Part shown: piece after piece, positions 22,670-34,370 of the stretch
How the letters are laid out: every line of letters starts with the position of its first letter
How positions within the stretch are numbered: the first letter of the stretch is position 1
Origin: Eledone cirrhosa
Lineage: Eukaryota
Assembly: GCA_964016885.1 (NCBI GenBank)
Contig: OZ024747.1
Location: 31,186,001-31,250,000, forward strand
DNA length: 64,000 bases
Reading direction: 5' to 3'
The notes under the pieces: generated by a model
Told to the model about the DNA's origin: nothing
The model's database searches: none
The model's input: only the letters and a program-made list of their open reading frames with translations
Made by a program: the position numbers and the translations under genes

Positions 22670-25173
22670 TCTATATATATAAAGGGAAGATGGACATTGT
22701 TTAGTGTACCGAACTTGCCTGCTACACTGTTCATCCAATTTTCATGAAACCTCACACATATATAAAACTCAACGCGTAGAGTGGAATAGGCTACTTGAAA
22801 TTTTCGAAAAATCGATAATCGGGCCCTATGACAGAATGTTTTTCGATTCCAATGAAATTTTATGTGAATTCGAACACAAGAACTCTTAGTTTACATCTGG
22901 CGCAATAAAAATAAATTTCATATGCCCATATAAGGACGTGCGTTATTGATTGGACGGCCAGCTGCATGTCTTCCCAGCTGTCTCAGTAAACGACCGACCA
23001 TTAAAGAGTTTCTTTTCATATTCCACCTTATTCAAGTGGAAATACAGTATTATCCCTATCTGAAAAGGGAACCAAATTTAATGGTGTCTTTTGTGAACCT
23101 AAAAGCTGTGAGTAAATTTTCAAACAGTCTTAAATAATCATGCTTTTTGAAAAAAAAATTACTAAATAATACCTTGACCAAGTTGTGTTGTACACATACA
23201 ATACAAGTAAAAAAATTTACGTCGTACCAATGTTTTCCTTTTTTAAACAAAAGATTCTAAAAAATTACTTAATTTATAATACAGTCTTTTGCACAGGAAG
23301 TGAGTAACTTTTCGGGTGTTTAAACGTAAGTTCACCAGGGTTTGTGTCTTCATTATTAGCCCACCTCTAATAGCATTTTTTGTTCTGCTTACGACTAAAT
23401 GTTATGAGTGTATTTGCAATTAATTGCGCACACGTGAACACCTGCATGCAGATAGACACTGACAGCCAATAAAAAATCGATAACTTGCTTATTAAGATAT
23501 CGGTCAAAAAGAGAGATTGAATGTACTTTAGAACATTTTTTGAATATATTGTTCTTTTTGGCATGATATGTCAGAAATATAGGTACTATACACTTTGGTT
23601 ATTTTTTGTAACTAAAAAACGGTTCCTTTTGGGTGGATACTTAACGAGAAAAATCCTAGGGTTTGGGACAAGTTTGTTTCAGGCGCTGTATAGACGCCTA
23701 TTTTGTCACACCTTGGTCATGAATTCGTATTCTTTTCCAATAGATAGTTTCCGCTCTATAAGGCTCACCAGGATATAAGGCGTATCATTTAAAATCAGGT
23801 CTGCGCAACGGCGTGTAAGAATGCTATCTTCTTTACTTTTAGTCTAGATCTATTACTTCTGTTAGAGCCGTGATTGATTACCATTGTATTATTTATACAT
23901 AAGGCTCACCGGAGTATAAAGCGCAGAGCTGTTTTTTGATTAAATTTAATTATTTTAAGTGCAATTTATAGACGGGAAAATTCGGTAAGTTATTGTAATC
24001 ATATTTCCAAACCTTCCCATTCACCAGTAACCATGCTAACGAATCTGGTGTCATCTCTCTCTGTATTTAATCACTTCTCTCTAACCTAACAGCTTCGTTA
24101 CACGTCGTTATGCCCACACGGAAACGTTGAAGTCTTACCTCCAAAAAAGGTACAGCTATTGCTTTGACACAACGAATTAGGCGTTCTCAGGTATGAGTTC
24201 ATTCACAATTGATTAATCCTTTATGCAATATTCTCCCTTAATGTTAGCAAGTACTGCGTTTATCCTAACTGTCACCACTTTTAAGCAACTACAACATTCT
24301 AATCGTAGTTATATTAAATTTATTGTCTTACCTTGATTCCCTTTTGTTCATGTTAGACTTTTCTCATTTACTATTGACACTGCCATTGGCTTAACTAACC
24401 AGTAGAATTAATTAATTTTCTCTAGGAAACACCTGCTGAGCGCGAATCTCGACTCGCTGATAGACGTCTTTCCCGGCTGTTTGAGTCACCAACATCACGT
24501 ACGACAAGGCTTGCTGATGTTCGCCTTCATCGCCAACAAGCGCTGACGGAGGAATCACCAACATCCCGTCAGACGAGGCTTGAGGCTGTGGCAAAGGGCA
24601 ATAACCCTAGATACAATTTTGATCGACTTTTTTTCACCTATAGCAAATTTACCGGGACAGGTTTTTAGCTACTCAAATCTACTTCCGAGATCACGCATTG
24701 ATGTAAAAAATCAATAAAACTGAAGCGGGGCTCGACTTTGCGCAAAAAAACAAGGCAAAGTTACACATGGGAAAACTTTTTACAGGAACGTCCTATATTC
24801 TTGAAAACTGTCACAAAAGACTCACCATTATGCCGCGGTTAAGATAAAGGCCCTTTTAATTCTTCTTCTGCACATGTGAGCGCAAAAATTGTAAAAAAAA
24901 AAAACCCTGAAAGTAATCGACATTTTCATCCTGCTTTAAATTAACTGAACATTCAATATCAAGCGATTTTGACTTCCGTCAGTCGTGCAGAGAACAATTT
25001 CAACGATACACTGTGTAACTACAATTAATAAATTACACACCTGTGTCTACTAACCTATTTTTTTCCATTGAAGTTCGAAGTTTTGAACCTGTGATGCGCG
25101 GGAAGTAACTTTCACACATTCTAACAGACCAAAGGTCGACTTACACCCGAGCAACGCCGGGTACTTCTGCTAG
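22670..25173 (+). mobile_element. Internally deleted Helitron
   Basis: 5' TCTATATATATAAAG; 3' CCCGAGCAACGCCGGG hairpin then CTAG; about 24427-24590 encodes ETPAERESRLADRR-type repeats typical of RepHel N-termini. Confidence 0.7.
23742..23987. mobile_element. pogo/Tigger-like MITE nested in the Helitron
   Basis: Decayed TIRs TTTCCGCTCTATAAGGCTCACC and TTATAGACGGGAAAATTCGGTA, with internal ATAAGGCTCACC repeats. Confidence 0.5.
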
Positions 25174-25201
25174 TATATATATATATATATATATATATAT
25201 A

Positions 25202-26430
25202 CTAGCAGTTTAGCCCGGCGTTGCTTGGGTTTGTTCATTTGCTATAAAAAGTTACATACAGGTAAACGTAGCTTGAAAGCGAATAAGCTTATCAATTAAG
25301 TGCATAAAGCAGTTGAACCGGTTATTAATACTTACGAACCAATTAGCATTTTGGACAATCAATGATGGGTTAATAATCTTCCAATAGCGAATTTAGCAGA
25401 CCAAAGTTGCAAGATAGTGGCCCTGATGCTGCTGGGTGTCAGATCTGTCTGCCATGGGTGACCCTACCAGGAAATAATTTTACAGACAGCATAGCTCTAA
25501 CACCTCCAACACCTGCACCAACACCTATAGCACCTCTTTGTAGACGATATTGCGTGTCATCCCTTGAGGAGTGTAAGCAAAAAGTCCATTCCTGCTCCCT
25601 ATGCGGGAACAGGCAACATAAAGTTGGCCATGGGAGAAGCATGGCTCCCCCAAATGGATGCCCACCACCAACAATGTTTGCCCTTGTGACTTGTTAATGT
25701 ACATGGCAAAACATGGTCTCATCGGGAATTGGGATCGCCGAAAATCGAACGGGATATCTGATGCCGAGGGGAAAGGTTCATCCTTGGCAGTGTATTCGGC
25801 AGAATTGCCAGAAGTACAACACTATGGGTGTTGTCATATTAATATTTAACCAATTAAAGTCGTAAAAAATAAATAATTTAAACATTCCGATTCATATGTC
25901 TATAGCATTAATCTGTTATATGAAGTGTTATTTTGCGGGTTGTTATTTGCAATAAGCCGATTTAAAATGCCCCAGAAAAGCCGTATGTCAATACGGAACT
26001 CCAATGACTCCCCCAGCAGTTAAATTATAGAGAGGGGGAATAATCTATTATAGAGAGAGGGAAGAGCGCCGGAGAGAGTAAAGCTAAGAAACTATAGGGA
26101 GGTGTGTAAAACAGTGTTGTCATATAGAGAGTGAAGGGCAACAGAGAGAGTAAAGCAGTTAAGTTATAGAGAGGGTGAATAATCTATTATAGAGAGAGGG
26201 AAGAGCGATGGAGAGAGTAAAGCTATGTTTGTTGTTGTATAAATTGATGTGTTACTTAGTTTTCAAAGTTTATGTCGCGTTCCACAATGAAGTTTTGTCG
26301 CTGTTATAAACTGTAATGGTGATAGGGTAGTAGAGAGAGGCATTAACCTTTTAAAGAGAGTTGCAGAGGAGATTGAGAGGGGAGTAGATGGAGGGATGAA
26401 CCTTTTAAAGAGAGTTGCAACATGTATGTA
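25202..26430 (-). mobile_element. Helitron fragment with helicase C-terminus
   Basis: 3' end on minus CCCAAGCAACGCCGGG...CTAG; the left boundary is clear, the right boundary approximate. Confidence 0.75.
25525..25780 (-). pseudogene. Helitron RepHel Pif1-like helicase C-terminal fragment
   Basis: DIPFDFRRSQFPMRPCFAMYINKSQGQTL...FSHGQLYVACSR...TRNIVYKEVL. Confidence 0.9.
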
Positions 26431-26447
26431 GTTTCATAGATTATTAA

Positions 26448-27124
26448 ACTATCAAACTACCTTACTCTACTGCAGCCAACATAGAATCACACATACATAA
26501 AATCAACTACAAAAAAAATCTCTAAAGAAAATAACCTACCAACATACACCATAGCACCAAATAGAAAACGCAAACACATAACAACATCACAACCACACAC
26601 ACATCAGGGCGCGTCATAACAAAACATTAATAGGCCAAAATCTCAATCCACCCATAACAACATACAAAACCACAATGGAAAACCTGCACACAGAAAAGCC
26701 TCCAACTGTAACTGCCACCTACCGGATAAGTGCCCACTACAAAATAGATGCCTGGATTCAAGTATGGTGTACCTGTGTACTATAAATTCAGTCAACTTTA
26801 CTTGGCACTACATACATTCCACGGCTGGGGAGTTAAGAAAAAGATGGTATGTTCACAGACATTCCATGAAGAACCGTAGACTGGAGAACGCTGGCCAATA
26901 AAATCTGGCAGCTTAAGAACACAAACCAGGAATATAGGATTAGCTGGTCAAAATTATCATGAGCAAGGTCCTACAACAATGGAATGTCCCACTGCAGACT
27001 TTGCAATATGGAGCTATTCCATATTTTAAGGTACGATAATATGCTGCTTAACAGCAAAATAGAAAGATCAATTTTCTGTAGGCATAGAATAGCTACCAAG
27101 TTCACAAATTTCAAACCACAATGA
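26448..27124 (+). pseudogene. PLE linker and GIY-YIG endonuclease remnant
   Basis: Hand translation: TIKLPYSTAANIESHI...NCNCHLPDKCPLQNRCLDSSMVYLCTI...YIHSTAGELRKRWYVHRHS / KIWQLKN...YRISWS...CRLCNME...LLNSKIE...CRHR; one frameshift and stops. Absent from the ORF track. Confidence 0.85.
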
Positions 27125-27748
27125 TTCGACCCAGCAATCCCAAAATTAGAACTGAACCACCTTGATTTTAATGTACGGAATACATACCATCACACCACTA
27201 TTAGCTGTCAAACAGCCGACTGGTCATTAGATCATAAATCTCTTAATATATCTTTCACCCTCTCTCCCTGAAATCACATCAACCCCATTAAGATAAGACA
27301 ATCACCAAAACATTTACCACACTTGTCAAAAACCCCCCTTCATCATCCACCAATAGCCCTTGGGTCTCATACTAGTATCTCCCAATTAATTTCTAATTTA
27401 TTGCTTTTTTCTTTTATCTGTCACTACCTCAGATTCTCTACACATATCTATGTATGTTTCAAATATGGTTTTTTATGTTAGCACTACATCCACCACAGCA
27501 TCCTTATACAGACACTTACTCACCACCACCACTATCATATTCTGTACTTATATGCTCTCATTTATCCTTATTTCTTTATATTTTTATTATTTTTCCATTT
27601 TCTTACTTTTTTATGGTATCTTTTTTCTTACTTTTTAATTTTTACATCTGTAACTTCTTTACCTATTTATCATATATTTTATTATTGCTGTTATTGTTTT
27701 GATTCTAAGCTATTTCTCTATATATATCATGCCATGTATGAATTTTTT

Positions 27749-27859
27749 GTATTCTGAGGATTTGATAAGAGGTAAATAATGTAATGGAGATCGAGTAATG
27801 CAACTCCGAGCGATTAGTCGCCTCTAGACTCACCTGATCAATGAAACAATTGTTAATAC
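27749..27859 (+). ncRNA. Type I hammerhead motif with 82-nt stem II (family G)
   Basis: GTATT-CTGAGGA-TTTGAT(A/C)AG...CTGATCAAT-GAAA-CAATTG-TT-AATAC. Confidence 0.75.
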
Positions 27860-27909
27860 CTGAAATAAAGCCCCTTGTTGTACAGCCAACCATGTTACTC
27901 TTCATTCTT

Positions 27910-27982
<73 letters not shown>

Positions 27983-27987
<5 letters not shown>

Positions 27988-28170
27988 AACCAGTAAGACC
28001 CCGACAGCTGAGCTCAAGCCGTTTCGACGGCTAACCAGAATTAGCCGTCGAAACGGCTTGAGCTCAGCTGTCGGGGTCTTACTGGTTCCTATTACCCACT
28101 CTACTACCTCAAGTATTGAGTACTTTGGTGCGTTATGGTCCACCTGGTTCCTTACCACATTTCCTTCGTT
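27983..28170 (+). mobile_element. Fold-back hammerhead-half element (family F)
   Basis: Perfect 52-bp arms 27983-28034 and 28041-28092 containing GAAA-CGGC TTGAGCTCA GCTG-TC-GGGG; (TA)n on both sides. Confidence 0.75.
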
Positions 28171-28239
28171 ATATATATATATATATATATATACAAATAT
28201 AATGGTATGGAAAGTGTCCCTGAGTGTCCAGTAAGACAT

Positions 28240-30457
28240 CTCTAGTGCTGGTGGCACGAATAAAAGCACCCAGTCTATGCTGTAAAGTGGTGCTGGTGAT
28301 AGTAAGGGCATCCAACCAGTATATTAATGCCAAAGAATTATGAGCACAACAAATATAGCAATAACTGTGTAAACAGCAATAACACTAAACATGTTAGTGC
28401 TGCACACGGTAGTAGGGTGGCTAGTGCGGCTATGTGCGAGAACCCCCCGACGATCATCAAGCAATCGCACAACAACAGAGATAATGATGTTAATGGTTAT
28501 AAATATTTTTCTTTGCAGAAAGGAAAAATTCAACAAAAGATTGGTAGATTTGGTGAGATAGTGGAGATGCTAGAGAGAAGACATGTGGATGTGTGATGCA
28601 TGCAAGAGGTGAGATGAGAGGTGCCTCAGCAAGATTAATCGCAAACAAACAGCTTAGCTATAAGCTTCTCTGTGTAGGAAATCATGATGGATTAGGTGGG
28701 GTAGGCATTTCACTGGCCGAGAGGTGGATCAATAAGATAATAGAGGTAGTTAGAGTAAGTAATAGAATAATAAAGATTAGATTAGTTGTAGGCAATAGAC
28801 TGTTGACAATTATTTCTATCTATGCTCCCCAAGCCGGCCTAGGTAAAGAAGAGGACTGCTTTTACAAGCAACTTCTAGAGAAAACCATAGTGACAGAGGA
28901 CAGAGACATAGTTATACTAGCTGGTGACTTCAATGGTTATGTTGGACAGCTCCAGGATGAATACACTGGGGTACATGATGGTCATGGTTATGGCTCAAGA
29001 AACAAAGAAGGAGTGAGACTTCTTGAATTATGCGATGCAAGTGAACTAACCATTTGGAACACAACTTCTAGAAACCTACCAACCACCTAATATATTTATA
29101 ATATATATGAATAATATATATATAGAGTGAAAGAATGAAGAGTAACATGGTTGGCTGTACAAGGGGCTTTATTTCAGGTATTAACAATTGTTTCATTGAT
29201 CAGGTCAGTCTAGAGGCCGCTAATCGCTCGGAGTTGCATCACTCGATCTCCATTACATTATTTACCTCTGATCAAATCCTCAGAAAACAAATAATTCATA
29301 TATATTTTAAATATATATATACCATATATATTATAAATATATATATATACCAATCAGGCGAACACATAAGCCAGATTGACTTCTTGCTAGTTAGGCAATA
29401 AAACAGACAGATGGTTTTGAATACTAAAGCATACCCTGGGGAAGAATGTACCCCCCAACATAGGTTAGTCGTTAGTGACATCTCAATAAGCAAGAGATAG
29501 AATGAGACACAGGAAGGTGTGGAAAAGGAAGGTCTGGAAGCTAAAAGACCTTTGACTAAAATTTAAATTTAGGAAAGCCCGTCAAGATGTGTATGACGAG
29601 AAAAGATAAATTAGAATTGAATGACATATGTGACAACTTACTGCAAAGACTTGTGGCTGGAGCAAAGCTCCAACCAGACAGAGAGTGACCTGGTAGTGAA
29701 ACAGCACAGTAAATAGAGCCATTAAAGACAAAAGAAAAGTATGGAAGGCTTGGGAAAATGGTGGGAGTAGTGACCGATATTCAGCTGCTAAAACAGAAGC
29801 TAGACGTCAGGTGTACTTAACATGCAGGGAAGCTGAGAATATGAGGTTTGCCAATGTTCTGCAATGAGAAGATCAGAGATGGGTGGTGTTCCGCCTTACA
29901 GGCAGTGTGTCAGTGTAAATCAGGATGTTGTTGGAGATAAGTGTGTACAAAATGATGTTAGTGTACTTGGTGTCACTGATGCTCAGAAAAAGGAGGCCTG
30001 GAAATGTCATTATGAGAGACTGTTGAATGTTGAGAATGAATGGGAGAGAGAGAAATTAGCCCCAGTAGACCCAACAGAGGGACCAGCTATTGAGATTGAT
30101 GACTATAGGGCCAAAGAGGCAATTAAGGAAATGAAAAGTGGTAAGGTTGCTGGACCATCAGAGATAGTTGCTGAGATGCTGAAGGCATCAGGAGAAGTTG
30201 GAGCTAAACTGGTTGCACGCATCGTCAATCAAGCTATATAGGGCGGAGTCATACTCAAAGACTGGTGCAGCAGTATTCTTATAAATTGCTACAAAGCTAA
30301 AGGGTATGCTCTGGAGAGGAGCAATTATAGGGGCATAACATTGATGGATCAGGTTATGAAAGTGGCAGAGAGAATATTAGTGCAACTAATTAGAGAATGG
30401 GTCAAATTACATGAGATGCAGTTTGGTTTTGTGCCTGGGTAAAGTACAACAGAAGCC
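28240..30457 (+). mobile_element. RTE-clade LINE, 5' part (AP endonuclease and start of RT)
   Basis: GVGISLA, RIIKIRL, SIYAPQAG, AGDFNGYVG, SQIDFLLV, GKVAGPSEIVAEMLKA; interrupted at 29090-29345 and by Gypsy. Confidence 0.9.
29125..29295 (-). ncRNA. Family G hammerhead element (core 29178-29288) inserted in the RTE endonuclease
   Basis: Reverse complement of 27745-27913 with intact CTGAGGA and GAAA-CAATTG-TT. Confidence 0.75.
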
Positions 30458-33400
30458 TTTATTGTGGAACTTACGTCATACCTCACTATAGCAACATTTC
30501 ATATGCAATTCGGTAAAACAGACCAATGGTAAGTCGTGTATTGTCACCTTCTCATGAAAACAGATGGAATCATATTTTCTAGCAAATAATATATCTTCGG
30601 TTTCTAGACAGCTCCATCTTTTGCCCAGTGCCATTCCTGCTTCCATAACGTCAAAGGTTAAATACTCAATTACTGACCCGTCTCCTTAAGCTACTTATAA
30701 CAGTAGTTAGAACATTTCGGCGATCATTGACCTACTCAGCTCTTATGTAGACGGAGAGAGCTCGCCGAAGATTCACTGGCCGACAGCTATTTTTCTAAAG
30801 GCTGCCTCCTAATGATGGAAACCAGTTCAGCGGATCAGTTGGCTTCGTCTGCCGATAAGATTATTGACTACACCGGCAACTGTTTCACTTCTACCCCAAT
30901 GCGACTTACGGCAAATTCTTCTTCCTCTTCGCCTGTCACATTGGTTTCTGCTAGCACCACTTCGCCCACTGAGCCAACACTCAAGGCCATTTGTGACTTA
31001 ACAAAAGAGGTACAACTCCTTCGTTTCTCCAGATCACAATCTCCCCGACAACGGTTGCGAAATCGCTCGCAATCTTCACATCGTCGTTTCCAACCTTCAA
31101 CATTGCGATCGTGCTGGCACCATAGGCATTTTGGAACCTCGGCTCATAAATGTATCCAGCCTTGTTCTTTTCCAAACCAAGGAAATGGATCACCAGAGAA
31201 TTAAGCACGGCATCTTCTCCGCAATCTTGTACTAACAGTCGTGCATTTTTTATCATGCACGCATACTGTCTCATTGACAAGGGTGCGTCGTGTAGCATTT
31301 GGCCATTGAAGCTTTTAAAAGAGAAACCTCTTCTCTCACAGATATTGCTACAAGCTATCAACCATTCTGCTATCTCTACGTATGGACAAATCTCTTGCTC
31401 TTTGGACCTGGATTTACGTAGAGATTTATCATGGATTTTCACCATAGCTGATTTGCCATATCCTATACCAGATGCCGATTTTTTGCATCATTATAATCGA
31501 ATGGTTGATATGCGGACACGTCATTTATTAGATGCAACTACAAATATTTCTGCACCTGGACGTACTTCAGTAATCCAGTCCAGCAGTCCAGTCTTCTTCA
31601 TCGCTGCTTCGGATGACCCTTATCATGCGTTTTTACATTCCTTTCCGGAATTAACTAATCTGAACTTTGTGGTAGATACCCCTACTCACTCTACCAAGTA
31701 TTTTATTGAGACTAAGGCTGCTCCAGTTTTTCATGCCCACGTCGCCTTTCTCAAAAATTGAAAGCGGCTAAGGCAGTGTTTAATCATATGCTGCAGTTGG
31801 GTATCGTTCGCCATTCTTCCAGTCCGTGGGCCTCGCCTTTGCATATGGTTCCAAAACTTTGAGGAGACTGGCGTCCCACTGGAGATCTTCGGAGATTAAA
31901 TTCGATCACTGTGCCTGACCGTTATCCGATTCCTCATATCCAGGATTTTGCTTCTCCGCTTCATGTATGTACTATTTTTTTTAAATTGGACTTGATCAGA
32001 GCCTATCATCAAATTCCTGTGAATCCTGCAGACATTCCTAAAACTGCTGTCACTACACCTTTCAGTGCATTCGAGTTTTTAAAAATGCCTTTCGGATTAG
32101 GCAATGCTGCTAGTACCTTCCAGCAATTTATGGACGAATCCGTCCATGACCTAGACTTTGCATGCTGTTACATCAATGTTACATCAATATTACATATTCT
32201 CATCGGAGGATTATATCTTGCACCTCCACCAACTGTTTGAATGATTTAGGCAGTATCATGTTCGTATTAACCCTGCGAAGTGTATTTTCGGCACTGCTTC
32301 ACTCGTCTTTTTGGGCCACGTGATTGACTTTTAGAGAATATCCCCACTTCCTAAGAAAGTGAAGGCTCTTCAGGAATTCCTTCCACCTACTTCCTTGCGA
32401 CAGCTGCAGCAGTTCCTAGGCCTCCTAAATTATTATCACCGGTTTATCCCACATTGTGCAGAACCCTTAGCTCCACTATCTGATCTCCTGCATAACAGAA
32501 AGAAGAAGAATGAACCAATCACTTTGGGACCCATGCAACTCGAAGCATTCTCCAAAGCTAAACAGAATTTAACAAACGCATCTCTGCTTGCACACCCTGT
32601 GTCTGGTGCCCAGTTTTCGCTGGTTGTGGATGCATCAAACACAGCTGTAGGTGCAGAATTGCAACAGCATCATCAGCAGCAGCTTCAATATCTTGCTTTC
32701 TTTTCTGAGCAGCTAAAGCCCGCTGAATCCTACTATAGCACCTTCGGCCACGAACTGTTAGCCATTTTCCTGGCTGTCAAACACTTTTGGCATTCATTGG
32801 AAGGTCGACAATTTATGATCTTTACCGACCATCATCCGCTTATGTTCGCACTTGGTTCCAATCCGGACAAATACTCACCTCGAGAAACTCGTCATTTGAA
32901 CTTCATATCCCAATTTACGAATGACATTGTCATATCCCTGCTGAATCAGTAGCGCGAGCATTGGTTTCAGGATGGATATCGCGCTACGGAGTCCCTATCA
33001 CTATTACTACAGACCGTGTTAGGCAGTTCGAATCTCAACTTTTCACGGATCTATCAAATATCATTGGTGCTCAACGTATCCAGACTACCAGTTACCATCC
33101 TGCATCTAATGGAATGGTGGAGCGTTTTCCTCACCAGCGGAAGGCTGCATTACATGCCTATCTGGATACTCTACATTGGAGCGACTACCTCCCAATAGTA
33201 CTACTCGGCATCCGCACTTCAGTTAAGGAGGACCTTGGATTCTCTCCAGCCGAGCTTTTGTACGGCACTCCTTTGTCTTTGCTAGGACAGATGCTTGCCC
33301 CATTGATCTTTCTACTCAGGACCCTACACTCGATGTGAACCGTTTGCATTCATATTTTCAAGTCCTGCTTTCTATGAACACTAGGTAACAAGGGACATTA

Positions 33401-34370
33401 CCTCGTAGACACATGTTTTTGTCAGAAATGATGCAGTGAGAAGTCCTCTCACTCCATCTTACTCTGTACCCTATCACATACTAGCATGTACAGGCAAACA
33501 TTTCACAATTGACTTTAATGGACATAGAGACACAGTCGCTATTGACAGACTGAAGCAGGCCTACACAGATGCTCTTACACCAGAGCCTCATACTTCCCCC
33601 TCCTACAATGTGTCGATACACACACCACCGCAAGCACCACAATTTCATACACACACTCCTTTACTTCAACATACATCAACAACTCGTAGTGTTCGATATG
33701 GCCCAAGAAACGTTGTAAAACAATTTATGTATGAACTATTCTTTTTTTCTGTTTTTCTTAATTTTTGTATTTTTTTTGCTTGACTTATGTTACCTTTGCA
33801 GACATTTTCTCCACATTTTTATCGACTTCTTTCCAGTCTAAGCAGAGGGTGATGTATTGGAACTACATCATACCTTGCAATAGCAACATTTCATATGCAA
33901 TAAGGTTAAACAGACCAATGGTAAGTTGCGTATGAATACATTGTCACCTTCTCGTGAAAACCATTGCACATGAAAACAGAGATGAAGCAGACCAGGGAGA
34001 TGAAAAGACTTACTACAGGATAACTCCTACTATATTCCTTCCATAATCCTGTTAGAAGGAAAAGAACAGTTATCAACAAACGATGTTCTACATTTCGTCC
34101 ATTGTTCTTCTACAGCCTATCTGCTATTTGAGATATTCTATTGTCTGTACAGAAAATCAGCTTTCGACAATAAATTTATGTTTATAGAGAATTGAGCGTT
34201 AAAGAGACATTTATTTATATCATGGAAGTTAGAAGCATGTCTCTGCAAGTACAAAGCAACATCGGCTAAGTTATTTTCTTATAATCATTTGTAATAACAA
34301 GGTCCTTGAATGTTTCAACTTGTAGTTGTAAAAAGATATAAGTAATTATTTAACTCCTCATTCGTCTTAT
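30458..34370 (+). mobile_element. Decayed Ty3/Gypsy LTR retrotransposon nested in the RTE
   Basis: LTR homology 30458-30560 vs 33853-33980; purine tract before 33853; CWHHRHFGTSAHKCIQPC gag end, protease, RT ([17 protein letters not shown]), RNase H (VDAS, ELLAI, FTDH), partial integrase (HPASNGMVERF). Confidence 0.92.

Larger units (their letters stand above)
26445..27913 (+). mobile_element. 5'-truncated Penelope-like element (GIY-YIG remnant, 3' region, hammerhead)
   Basis: Decayed endonuclease followed by an AT-rich 3' region, a hammerhead at 27749-27859 and (TA)n. Confidence 0.82.

Noticed and set aside
26955-26965. In-frame TGA in the PLE endonuclease as possible selenocysteine
   Set aside because: It is not at a conserved Cys position, and the copy is otherwise decayed.
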